A stretch of DNA of 64,000 bases from Mobula hypostoma. Lineage: Eukaryota. Location of the stretch: contig NC_086108.1 in assembly GCF_963921235.1 (NCBI RefSeq), forward strand, positions 99,698,001 to 99,762,000. Direction: 5' to 3'. A program made the position numbers and the translations under genes. The notes beneath the pieces are model-generated. The model had not been told where the DNA came from. It did no database searches and saw only the letters and a list, made by a program, of their open reading frames with translations. Below are positions 37,770 through 49,625 of the stretch, piece after piece. Each line of letters begins with the position of its first letter. The stretch's first letter is position 1.

Positions 37770-38455
37770 CCAAGTTCCCATTATCTGGGAGGAGAAGATG
37801 GCAGCGTGACGCAGCTCGCAGCGGCCACTCCGGTGGTGATGTCTGTTATTTGTCAAGTAGGGTGCCGTGCACAATCCCGATTTAATGGAGACAGACGTGA
37901 GAGCTCGGAGGAACATCTGGAGAAACCTCTGAAATGCCTGCTTCGCTGCTGCTGCTACTGTGTGATCCAGAATCTCCGGAGGAGAAGGCCCCAAGTCCTT
38001 GGCTTTGCTTGTTGCTCGGTGGCCAGGGCGGGGTCGAAGCGCTCGGCAGAGGATGGTGCTCGGAGAGGCTGATCGGAGGCTCGAAGTTTTTGGACGGACT
38101 CAGTCTGCTGCGGTCAGGTGTTTCCAATAGCGCTGCATCAGCAAGTTGGCGGCGCTTGGAGGTTCATGGCAGTGAGAGTTCCTCCCTTTTGCCACCCGCA
38201 TGAGACGATGAGTCTATCGGGACTTTGAGATTTTTTTTTACCGTGCCCATGGTCTGCTCTTTATCAAATTATGGTATTGCTTTGCACTGTTGTAACTATA
38301 TGTTATAATTATGTGGTTTTGTCAGTTTTAGTCTTGGTTTGTCCTATGTTTTCTTGTGATATCATTCTGGAGGAATGTTGTATCATTTTTTAATGCATGC
38401 ATTTCTAAACGACAATAACCTAGGACTGAATGTCCTCATATTCTAATCTAATCTA
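37770..38455 (+). mobile_element. Non-autonomous retroelement family A, longest copy
   Basis: GGAGGAGAAGATGGCAGCG head, CpG-rich body, (CTAAT)n tail; CTAAAAAA(A)TTC on both sides. Confidence 0.85.
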
Positions 38456-38589
38456 AAAAATTCACTTGGTTTCACGTAGGGATGGTATACAAGCCCACAC
38501 ATAGTGATTCTGGATATATAGAGTAATGCAGAATGAAAGCAGCCTTTTGGCCTAATGTCCATGGTCCTACCAATTTAGTTTCATTTGCC

Positions 38590-39110
38590 AGAGTAACACA
38601 CACAAAATGCTGGAGGAGCTCAGCAGGTCAGGCAGCATCAATGGAAATGAATAAACAGTTGACATTTCGGGCCAAAACGTTTCAGGACTGGAAAAGAAGG
38701 GGGAAGACATCAGCATAAAAAGCTGTGGGGAGGGGTGGAGGACTAGCTAGAAGGTGATAGGTGAAGCCAGGTGGTTAGGGAAGGTAGAGGGCTAGAGAAG
38801 AAGGAATCTGATGGGAGAGAAGAGTGGACCATGGAGGAAAGTGAAAAGGAGGGGCGCCAGGCAGAGGTGATAGGTAGGTGAGGAGAAGAGGTGAGAGGCC
38901 AAAGTGGTGAATAGAAGAAGAGGGAAGGGGGAGGGGAAAAGAAAAAAAGACAAAAAAAAAATACCAGAAGGAGAAACTGGCAGAGCAGCTCGAAGGGCTA
39001 GAAGGCCTACTTCTGCTTCTCTATGTTATGGTCTTACTATGTTCAGGCCATTAGATTGGATGCTACCAAGACAGAATATGTGTTGCTCCTCCACTCTGAG
39101 ATTGGCCACT
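38590..39110 (-). mobile_element. PLE 3' fragment, degenerate
   Basis: Family terminus CACACAAAATGCTGGAGG..CTCAGCAGGTCAGGCAGCATC followed by a purine-rich tract. Confidence 0.78.
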
Positions 39111-39599
39111 TAAGTGTTATTGGGCTGTGAGGACTCGATGTTGCTGTGTTGTATCTCTAAATAAATGGCTAAAGGGACATTCTTTATTAGATCACACATC
39201 ATCACTTAATACATCAAGATCATAGAAGAATTCATTCAGCTGAAGATTTGCTGGAATTTACAGCACATAACACAGCCTGAGGGGTTGATAAAGGCAGGTA
39301 CTCTAACAACATTTCAGAGACATTTATATGAGCACTCGAAAAGCCGTAGCGAAGAAAGAAATTAGGACTCCATCTGACACTAGATCCTGCACAGCGCAGT
39401 TGGTGGAATGGAAGATACTATCCAAAAATTGGTCTTCAATTATTTTTGAGGACCTGATTCAGACTTATTTATCACGTACAAACATACAGTGAAATTAACA
39501 ACCCAACGATGTGGTGGGGGCAACCTGCTAGCGTCTCCACACACTCCAGCGCTGACATAGCATGCCCACAATGCTCGGCAGAAGAAGACAGAAAGCAAC

Positions 39600-40660
39600 A
39601 TCTGGACATATTTCTACAGATGTGCAGTGGAGAGCATATTGACTGGCTGCATCATGGCCTGGTATAGGAATACTAATGCCTTTGAATGGAAAGAACACAA
39701 GATCACAAGACAAAGGAGCAGAAGTAGGTCATTCGGCCCATCGAGTCTGCTCCGCCACTCCACCATGAGCTAAACTATTCTCCCATCTAGTTCCAATTAC
39801 CAGCTTTTTCCCCATATCCCTTGATACCCTGACTAATTAGATACCTGTCAATCTCCTCCTTAAACACCCTCAATGATTGGGCCTCCACATCTGCATGTGG
39901 CAATGAATTCCTGCAAAAGTCCTACAAAAGGTAGTGGATTTAGCCCACAACAACATGGATAAAGCCTTCCCAACCATTGAGAACATCTACATGAAACGCC
40001 GTTGTAGGAAAGCAGCATCCATCATCAGAGATCCCCGCCTCCCGGACTATGCTCCTTTCTCGCTGCTGCCATCAGGTAGAAGGTACAAGAGCCTCAAGAC
40101 TCATACCACCAGGTTCAAGAACGTTACAACCCTTCAACCATCAGGCTCTTGAACAAAAGGGGATAGCTACATTCACTTGTCCATCCATTGAGATGCTCCC
40201 ACAACCAATGATCTCACTTTAAGGACTCTTTATCTAGTTCTTCTTCTTCTTCTTCTTCTATTTCCAGCTGTTTAGACGCATCTAGGCGTATTACAGCCCT
40301 CCGCAGGATGTACAATTAATTATAGAACTTCAAGGGACTCAAATTCTCGAATACAACCTAGTCTCATGTATAAACTGAATAATAGATTCTTCAATCAGGT
40401 GTTGATTCTCTTGATGGCCAAACAAAGATTTAATAATTTTATCTAGTTATCTCATGTTCTTGTTATTTATTACCATTTATTTATATTTACGTTTGCAGAG
40501 TTTGTTGTTTTCTGCACTCTAGTTGATCTTTTATTGATCCTGTTATAGTTACTATTCTATAGATTTGCTGAGTTTGCCTGCAGGAAAATGAATCTCAGGG
40601 TTATATACAGTGACATATGTGTACTTCGATAATAAAATTTGCTTTGAACTTTGAACTTTA
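39600..40660 (+). mobile_element. Rex1/Babar-like LINE 3' fragment carrying two nested insertions
   Basis: ORF 39934-40152 RC.RKAASIIRDP..P....FSLLPSGRRY.SL; CR1 tail inserted at about 39695-39912 and I/Nimb end at 40240-40437; tail CTTTGAACTTTGAACTT. Confidence 0.82.
40240..40437 (-). mobile_element. 5'-truncated LINE 3' end with (AAG)n tail, I/Nimb-like
   Basis: Minus strand ...IIQFIHETRLYSRI*, short UTR, (GAA)n; 11-bp TSD TTTATCTAGTT (40229-40239, 40438-40448). Confidence 0.65.
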
Positions 40661-41020
40661 AACAAAACAGATCATACCAAGCAACAAAGCAACAACAGTG
40701 AAGCAAGACCTGCTCTTCCTTCCACCCTCCCACAAACATCGGCAGTCCTCTAATCCCAGGACAGGCAGACTTTACGCTCCAGCCTCCAGCGCACTTGTGC
40801 ACTTGCAGGCACTGGGCCCTGACTTCCCAAGCAGAGTCGCCGAGATTTGCAGGCTGGTGATCTGGCCATTGGGTCTTAGCTCCCGGACCTCTGATAGACC
40901 TAGATCTGCTTAGCTTACACCTAACCGTTCGTTGCTGTTAGTCACTACAAACTCAGCTCTGTATTGTGAACATTGAGTGCCCAAGTCCAGCTCCGGAGGC
41001 TCGAGTGCAAGAGTCTAGGT

Positions 41021-41100
41021 CAGGGGTTCCCAACCTGGGGCCCACAGGCCTTTTAGTTAATGGTAAGCATCCATGGCAGAAAAAAGGTTGAGTATCTCTG
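41021..41100. mobile_element. 80-bp hAT (Charlie-like) MITE
   Basis: TIR CAGGGGTTCCCAACCT / AGGTTGAGTATCTCTG; 8-bp TSD GTCTAGGT / GTCTAGAT. Confidence 0.82.
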
Positions 41101-42091
41101 GTCTAGATTGACACTGATGTACAGTGCGAATGGAGAGCCTGGTGTCAGAGGAGCTCTCTCTCACATGAACTTCTATCATACCTCTCCGGTAAAACCAAGA
41201 ATTCACGTACCACTGTAATATAGAACATTACAGCAAAGTATAGGCCCTTCTGCCACGATATTGTGCCAACCTTTTAAACTATTCTACATAGTCTTCCTAC
41301 ATCTCCCTCCATTTTTCTTTCATTCATGTGCTTATCTGCAAATCTCGTAAATGTCACTCATGTATTGGCCTCTACCACCACCCCTGGCAGGGGGCTCCAC
41401 ACACCCGTGAATCTCTGTGTAAATAAAACCTACTTTTGACATCCCCTGCTATACTTCCCTCCAATCATCTTAAATCTGTGCCCCTGGTATTAGCCATTTC
41501 CACCGGAGGAAAAATTCTCTGGCTGTCCATTCGATTTAATTCTCTTATCATCTTGTATACCTCTATCAAGTAAGTCACCTCTCATCCTCCTTCACTCCAA
41601 ACCTGGCTCTCTCAAGCTATCCTCAAAAGGCAAGTTCTCTAATCCAGACAGCATTCTGATAGAGAATGGGAAGTCTCTCTCTGATTCTAACGTGTCTCAT
41701 TGCAGTCTGTAAGAGCTTGCTGTATCGAATTTGAGTTTCTTCTGTTACAACCGTGTTTATACACTTCACTCACTGTAAGGCACTTTGCAGTCTTATCAAA
41801 GACACACAATAGGATCAAAGGTTAGTCTTGTCACATGTATATCTAACATACGTGAAGAGTGCCATTTGTGTCAGCGACCAGCACTGTCCGAATATGTGTA
41901 GGGGCAGGGTAGCACGCACTTACGTTGCCACACTTCTGGTGCCAACATGGCATGCCCTCAACTTAATAACTCTAACCCATTCTACGGCTTATTGGGATGT
42001 AGGAGGAAACCAGAGCACACAGAGGGAAGAACATAGCAGGAAAGGTACTGCATTAAATGCAAATCTTCCTCTCCTCGTTGCCAACCGGCAG

Positions 42092-42172
42092 AGATCAACC
42101 AGGGTCCGTATCCAGGGGAGATGGACCAAAGAGCTGAAATTCACAAGGTTGAAATTACATGGAACTGCACTG
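42092..42172 (+). other. Candidate 81-nt internal exon of an unidentified host gene
   Basis: Pyrimidine tract plus CAG acceptor, CTG/GTAAGT donor, length divisible by 3, two open frames, non-repetitive context; no protein recognised. Confidence 0.3.
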
Positions 42173-43034
42173 GTAAGTATGTCGCAGATTCTGTTTAGTA
42201 TTGAGCATGTCGAAGCAGACCCAATTCTTCCTTCACAGACCTCCTCAATCAAATTTACTACAATACGTTTAACAGATGCGTGTTTTATATGAAAACTTGT
42301 AACTGTCGTCTGTTAAGTTAAATGAAGAACTACCTGTTCAGAAATGATTGATTCAACTGTAATTTCCAATGATTTCCCGAACTAAATGCTAAACAAAAAT
42401 CATTTAAATATCTCTCACTAATGCATCTAAAAAGCATTGTAAGTTGCGCTTCAGTGAGGCTCTTTAAATGCCAGCTGGTCTCATTCTGAACAATATATTG
42501 AGGCATGGTGTCACTTTGTCTGGTGAACGTAAACAGACTCACAATTAATTACGGCAAATGTTAATATTACAGAAAAAAACAAGTACAAAATAGCTCATCC
42601 TAATCACACCATACTTACTCTTCTTCCACAAAGGATTCAATTACGTCCCAGTTCCAACATTCTCGTTCCACTTTCAAAATGAGTAACTCTCGTTTTCCCT
42701 TTAATTCTTTATATAGAGTCATAGAACACTACAGCACAGAAGCAGGCCTTTCAGCCCATCTAGTCCATGCTGAACTCTTGTTCTGCCTAGTTCCATCGAC
42801 TTGTACCTGAACCACAGCCCTCCACAAACTTCCCATCCATATACCTGTCCAAACTTTTCTTAAGTGTTGAAATCGTACCCACATTCGCAACTTCTGCCAC
42901 CAGCCCATTCCACACTCTCACTACCCTCCGAGTGAAGTTCCCCTTCATGTTCCCCTTAAATATTTAACTTTTCACCCTTAACCACTACGTTCCAGCTCTA
43001 GTCTCACCCACCCTCAGTGGGAAATGCCTGCTTG

Positions 43035-43269
43035 CACGAAACAGCAATGCATACAAAATGCTAGAGGAACTCAGCAGGCCAGGCAGCATCAATGGAAAAG
43101 AGTAAACAGTTGATGTTTTTGGCCGAGACCCTTCTTCAGGACTTCAGGTCTTGGCCTGAAATGTCAACTGTTTACTCTTTTCCATAGATGCTGGCTGACC
43201 TGCTAAGTTCCTCCAGCATTTTGTGTATGTTGCTTTGGGTTTCCAGCAGATTCTTTCGTGTTTGCGATA
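43035..43269. mobile_element. Palindromic PLE mini-element
   Basis: Inverted arms around about 43143; CTGCTTG duplicated at 43028-43034 and 43270-43276. Confidence 0.82.
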
Positions 43270-43350
43270 CTGCTTGATTTACTCTGTTTATACCCCTCAT
43301 AATTTGCTATGTCTCTATCAAATCTCCCTTCGTTTTCCTATGCTCTTGAG

Positions 43351-43430
43351 CAGGAGTTCCCAACCTGGGGACAACGGACGCCTCGGTTAATGATAGGGGT
43401 CCATGGCATAAAAGAGGTTGGGAATCGCTG
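43351..43430. mobile_element. 80-bp hAT-type MITE
   Basis: CAGGAGTTCCCAACCT ... AGGTTGGGAATCGCTG; same internal sequence as 41021-41100. Confidence 0.78.
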
Positions 43431-45299
43431 CTGCAGAGAATAACTCCTAACCTATTTAAGCCTTCCCTGTAACTTAGATCATCAAGTCCTGGCAACATCC
43501 TTGTAAATTTTCTCTGCACTCTTTCAATCACATTGATATTTTTCCCGTAGTAGATGACCAGAACTGCACACAATATGCAGGTTTATCCTATGTATAGGAT
43601 ATAGTAATCAATAATGAGAACAGCTCACCCACAGACTAAATCTCTTCATCAAGTACGTGTGAGGATACTTACTGTGCATCGCATCAAAGTCCAGGACACA
43701 GGATGAACAAGGACTCAGTCACGACCACCCATTTCCCTGAGAGCCGGCGATGATGCTGCGCTGTAGTAAATCCCTGTTTGAGAGACAATTGGTGTCCAAA
43801 TCAGTGCAGACAGATATCGATAGCCCTGGACAAATGGGATGTTATCCTTGGCCCTGAAAAGACCAAGTCAATAAGTGTCGAGAAAGATTGATCATAATAT
43901 CACCAGAATACTTTCACTGCATGAGGATGCCAAGTGAGTTTCAGTTACAGACATACAGCACCTTGGCTCAATATAGCACATAGAACATGACAGAGCAGTA
44001 CAGGCTCTTCATCCCACAACATTGTGTCATCCTTTTAACCCTTCCCTCTCACATTGCCCTCCATTTTTCTATCACTCACGTGTCTATCTACAAGAAGAGT
44101 TTCTCAAAAGCTCCTAACGTACCTGCCTCTGTCACCACCCTTGGGCGTGTGTTCCACCCACTCACCACTCTATGTGTAAAAATCTTGCCTCTAACATCCC
44201 TCCTATATTTTCCTCCAACTACCTTAAAATTAATCCCCCTCATGGTGGGCATTTCCACCCTGGGAAAAAAAGTCTCGGGTTGCCATCTTGTTCCATGCTC
44301 AGAGGTGTCTGATCTTATACACCTCTATCAAGTCACCTCTTATCCTCCTCTGCTCCAAAGAGAAAAGCCCTATGTTGCTCAACCTATCCTTGTAAGACAT
44401 GCTTTCTAATCCAGGTAGCATCCTGGTATTGCATCCAATATAAACACGGATGTTCAGATCTACACAGTTGGAGGAAGGAAAGGGGATGTACTGTAGATGT
44501 CATGGGTAAATTTATCAGTGAAATGTTTGTCACTATGTCCCTGATCAGTATCATTAAGCTTGCACTAATTTTACAGATAATTTTTTTTTTTGTAGATCTG
44601 TTTTTAAGTTATGGAGAGCTGGCTTTACTTGTTCCTTGTAGGCTGATACCGTTTGTTTCTGAGGTAACAGTTTGTATGAGTTAGTGGCCCATGCAGTACT
44701 GCGGGTGCCCCGATACTGCTCCATCTCGAACGCTAGCATAGTCGAGCTGGTTTAAAGGACCCCACAGTGGGAATCAGCAGAGGGAGCTCTTCCATCATCC
44801 TGGTCACTATTCAGTTAGCACCACCACCAAATGAATTACTGCATCACGCTTCTCCATTTGTCGTCTGTGGATCCCTTCTTTCATAAAACTAGTTGCCGAA
44901 CAAATAAGGGTGGCTACAACTCATTGATAGTGATGAGTACTTCAGAACCTAATAGATGTGGTAAGGTCCTGCATATGGGAGGTTGTTCAACTTCATGTCC
45001 GTGCAGATGAGGAAGATTGCTGGGGTGACAAATTCCTCTCATTGAAGACCTCCATCCCTATTGCCTCTACTCCATCAACTGAAGCATATTAAAATAAATG
45101 TCAGGATTGGAAAAGTTGGTGAATCTCATCACCTGGTATGAACTTTCACAGTTGGCATAGATGTCAGCAGTGAAGACTGAAAGCCTGCTCCTCCCACCAC
45201 TGCTACTGACCATAAGGCAGAGGAGCAGAATTAGACCTTTCAACCCATTAAGTCTACTTTGCCATCAATCATGGCTGACTTGCTTTTCCTCTCAACCTG

Positions 45300-45760
45300 A
45301 TTTTTGGAGTGCACGTTGTGGATGATCTCACCTGGTCCCTTAAAACCGCCTCTTTATTCAAGGAAGTACAGCAGCATCTCCACTTCTCGAAGAGATTGAG
45401 GAGAGTGAAGCTCCTCACTCTCACTTTAACCACACTCTACCAGAGCACCCTTGAGAGTGCCCTGACCAGCTTATCACCATCTGCTATGGGTATTGCAAGG
45501 CATCTGGCTACAAGACCCTGCAATGAATTGTAAGTACTGCAGATAGAATCATTGGGTCTCTCCCTCCCATTAAGGTCATACACTGGATGCATCGCATTCA
45601 CAGGGCCCTCAACATTGTCAAGGACCCCTCCTATCTGCCACACAATCTCTTTACCCTCCTACCATCAGGCAGAAGGTAACACAGTGTAAGAACAAGGACC
45701 TTTAGGCTGGGTGACACTTTTTCCCCAAGACTGTAAGACTTCTGAACACCCTGCTACCAC
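45300..45760 (+). mobile_element. Rex1/Babar-like RT C-terminal fragment, degenerate
   Basis: GVH..DDLTWS......K..QQ.L.F..RLRR; ES.LT; LLPSGRR. Confidence 0.75.
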
Positions 45761-47831
45761 CCAGTACACTTTAGTTATGACAGTGCCAGTAGCATTATAC
45801 TGTTGTATATGTCATATCTGCACATTATGCCAACTTGCACATCTACAGAACACTTCTGTTTTATCTGTTAATGTAATTATGAACATAAGAACATTAGAAA
45901 TTGGAGCAGGACCAATGTATTGTGCTGTATGTTTTCTATGTTTCTATGACCAGGACATCCAGCTCGTCCAGTCTGCTCTACCATTCAATAAGATCATGGC
46001 TGATATGGCCATGGACTCATCTCCACCTACCTGCCTTTTCCCCATCTCCTCCTCATCTCTGTTCTAAAGGTTTGCCCTGCTATTTTCAGGCTGCTCTCGC
46101 TGGTGCCAGACTTCCCTTGCTGCTGGAGACATTCTCTCCACGTCCACTTTGTCTCGGTCTTTCAGTACTCGGTGGGTGATGCTGAAAGACTTGTTCATTG
46201 TGAGGAAACCTGTGCCGTGCATAAACCTGGCAGTGAATACCTGGGTGGGAAAGGCTGGTTCTGTGCTAGGCATTATATGCAGACCATAGGGCAGTGATGG
46301 AAAGGTCAAGGTATCACTGGGAATTAAGGCATCAGAGATGGATGGATGAATCAAGGGCTGTTGTGACCAGCAGAAGACCAAAAGCTGGAGGGCTGGGATT
46401 TTGAAAGTGATGCTAATCTGTGTGTCTTTCCTACCCAGAGGAAGGTGGAAGGAAGAGGGATCGGGTGTGGAATGCCAGCAGTGATTGGGAGGAGGATGTG
46501 GTCGGAACTAACATCAGCAAAGGAAGCAACAGGGACTGAGCTGTCAATCAATGTCCGTGCATGCATGAGACACCACGATATTTGCAAAAAAGTGGAACTT
46601 GTTCAGCCTTTAATGAGTCGGGAATTTTCGCAATAAAGAAACAATGCTCCAGTTTAAAAGTATACACACAAGAGATTCTGCAGTTGCTGGAAATCCAGAG
46701 GAATACACAGAAAATCCTGGAGGAAATCAGCAGGTCAGGCAGCATCTGTGGAGAGGAATGAACAGTCAACGTTTCAGGCTGGGATCCCTTCGAGCAGGTA
46801 TGCGGAGGCATTTCTTGAGTGAAAGGGCAGAGAAACTACAATTCATTACCACAGATAGCTGAGGAGGCCAAGTATTTAGGTATATTTAAAGCAAATATTG
46901 ACAGGTTCTTACTTAGTAACGGAGTCAAAGGTTCCTCTGGCATTTTGTGGTTATTCCTCAGTTTTAAAATAACCAGTCTACATTTTATCAGGGCTTATTA
47001 TAGTGATTACCACTCCAATTCACTGCAATAAGCAAAAGAGTTTTTGTCAGCTATTCTCTAAAAGTAAATTGCTGAATTTGGCTGGACAGAAGCATTGAAT
47101 CACATTTTAAAGAATTCAGATCAGCCAAGCTGAGAGAAACTCCATTTGGTCGCATGATCTTGCCTGAAACACTGCAAACGGAGCTAAGTCATTTTATTGG
47201 GGGCTCATTATTTAATGATTAATCTGAGGAGTGAAGTTTAAGATTAGATCTAGGTTGATGAAGTTGCTGGTTTGCTTATGAAGCACGAGCACTTTGGACT
47301 TGTTTTTAAGCAACAAATGTTGGAGGGCATATAATATGTAATCTTAGTGAGAATGGGGGGTGGAGAAGAGGAATATCTGAATGCAGACAAAGGGGTTGTA
47401 AGGAGGAGGTAACATTGGGGTTTAAAGTTTAGATTAAGGTGAATATTTCAAACAAAGTTCAGAGTAAATGTACTATCAAGGTACGTATATGTCACCATAT
47501 CCTACTCTGAGATTAATTTTCTTGCAGGCATTCACAATAAAACAGAGAAATACAATAAAATCAATGAAAAATTACACACGTAGACTGACTAACAACCTAT
47601 GTGGAAATGATGACAATCTGTGCAAATAAAAAAATAATTAAAACTGAGAACATGAGATGTTGAGTCCTTGAAAGTGAGTCCATCGGTTGTTCAGAGTTGA
47701 GGTGAGTGAAGTTATCCATGCTGGTTCAGGACACTGATGTTTGAGGGGTAATAACTGTTCCTGAAGCTGATGGTATAGGTCCTGTGGCTCCTGTACCTTC
47801 TTCCTAATGGCAACAGCAAGAATAGAGCATG

Positions 47832-48704
47832 ACTCACAACACGCTGGAGGAACTCAGCAGGTCGGGCAGCATCCGTGGAAATGATCAGTCGACGTTTCGG
47901 GCCGGAACCCTTCGTCAACACTGTAGAGGGAAGGGGCAGAGGCCCTATAAAGAAGGTGGGGGGAGGGTGGGAAGGAGAAGGCTGGTAGGTTCCAGGTGAA
48001 AAACCAGTAAGGGGAAAGATAAAGGGGTGGGGGAGGAGAAGCAGGGAGGGGATAGGCGGATACTGGGAGATACTGCAGATTGGGGGACCGCTTCATCGAG
48101 CACCTCCGCTCCGTATGCCACATCAGACAGGATCTCCCAGTAGCCACCCACTTCAACTCTGCTTCCCATTCCCATTCGGATATGTCCATTCATGGCCTCC
48201 TCTACTGCCATGATGAGGCTAAACTCAGGTTGGAGAAGCAACACCTCATATACCGTCTGGGTAGTCTCCAGCCCCTTGGTATGAACGTAGAATTCTCCAA
48301 CTTCCGGTAATTCCCTCCTCCTCCCTTCCTCTATACCTATTTCACTCTGCCCCTCCCCCAGCTGCCTTTCACCTCCCTCATGGTTCCGCCTCCTTCTACT
48401 ACCCATTGTGTTTTCCCCTATTCCTTCTTCACCTTTCCTGCCTGTCACCTCCCTGCTTCCTCTCCCCCACCCCTTTATCTTCCCCCTTACTGGTTTTTCA
48501 CCTGGAACCTACCAGCCTTCTCCTTCCCACCCTCCCCCCACCTTCTTTATAGGGCCTCTGCCCCTTCCCTCTATAGTCCTGACGAAGGGTTCCGGCCCGA
48601 ATCGTCGACTGATCGTTTCCACGGATGCTGCCCGACCTGCTGAGTTCCTCCAGCGTGTTGTGAGTGTTGCTTTGATCCCAGCATCTGCAGAGTATTTTGT
48701 GGTT
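47832..48704 (+). mobile_element. Young PLE insertion with inverted 5' terminal repeat
   Basis: Inverted repeat 47832-48060 versus about 48440-48665; GIY-YIG C-terminus 48080-48310 (LGDRFIEHL..VATHFN..LIYRLGSLQP.GMN); perfect 14-bp TSD AAGAATAGAGCATG (47818-47831, 48705-48718). Confidence 0.95.
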
Positions 48705-49119
48705 AAGAATAGAGCATGGCCTGAATGGTGGCCCATGTTTTAGAAGAATATATTTTATGTAGCATTAGTCACCATATATCACTGCACAAAGGAAATATTT
48801 ACATTAAAATCAGCTAGCTGAATGGTTAGTTGTTCCAGCTTTGGCTCCCAATTAATAATTTATCAGTCTATCTGTTACCGTAAAGAATTTCCTGATTCTC
48901 GCCTCCAATTTTTCCCACAACCTTGGACAGTTTTCCCCTTCATGTATTTATCTAATTCCATGTTATAAGTTCCTATTGAATCTGATTCCACTGCCTTCCT
49001 GCTGCACATTCCAAATCATAAAACTTGTTGCATAAAAGAAAAAATTCACCACATTTTCCTTCTGCTTTTTACTTCCAATTATCTTGTATCTTTGCTGATG
49101 GTTGGTTCCTTAATGTTGT

Positions 49120-49625
49120 TATAGCCAGGGATGGTTATGGGGACAAGCTCCCACTATCTATAAAATGCTCCTAATGGCGTGCACCTCAAATAGCCTCTGA
49201 AAAGCAGTCCAGCTCCTGGCCTTCATGTGTGGCTTAGACACTAAGCACGGCAGAATCTTTTCTATTGCCAGGAGAAGGAGCAAAAGGTAGGTTACTGGCG
49301 CCTTAAAACCAGTCGATTCAGGCAGATGGGGCTCCTCAGCCATGGTTGGCAGCTCATTTAGGGGAGGAAAAACTCTGATCGCAAACCTCCGCTGCCTTGC
49401 GGTTATACTGATGCATGGGGAAGGCTTCAGGAGTAAACCCCGAGGGAAAAATCCAAAACTGGAGTCCCTAAGGCAGTCCTATGTTGAGTTCAACACTGAC
49501 TGGCAACTCCTGCAAAGCTGTTGATGCCAAATTGGATTGGTCTCTACGCTCCTTTGGGTTTATCAGATGCATGGAGAGGGGGAGCTTGCTTGGTGTCCAC
49601 ATCGTACTGCCCAGGCTTGTGTATC
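49120..49625 (+). mobile_element. Non-autonomous RTE-derived element (5' UTR-like)
   Basis: GGTTGGCAGCTCAT.TAGG.GA.GGAAAA.CTCTGA...CAAACC block resembles RTE 5' UTRs; its 3' part is shared with 1050-1265 and the CORE-like SINE body. Confidence 0.55.

Larger units (their letters stand above)
42715..43580 (-). mobile_element. CR1 3' fragment containing a palindromic PLE mini-element and a MITE
   Basis: ERVQRKFTRMLPGL..LSYRE.LNRLG (43307-43573); inserts at 43035-43269 and 43351-43430. Confidence 0.8.

Noticed and set aside
49120..49260. HDV-like ribozyme in the RTE-like 5' end (GCCAGGG/CCTGGC)
   Set aside because: Helix order does not match the nested double pseudoknot.
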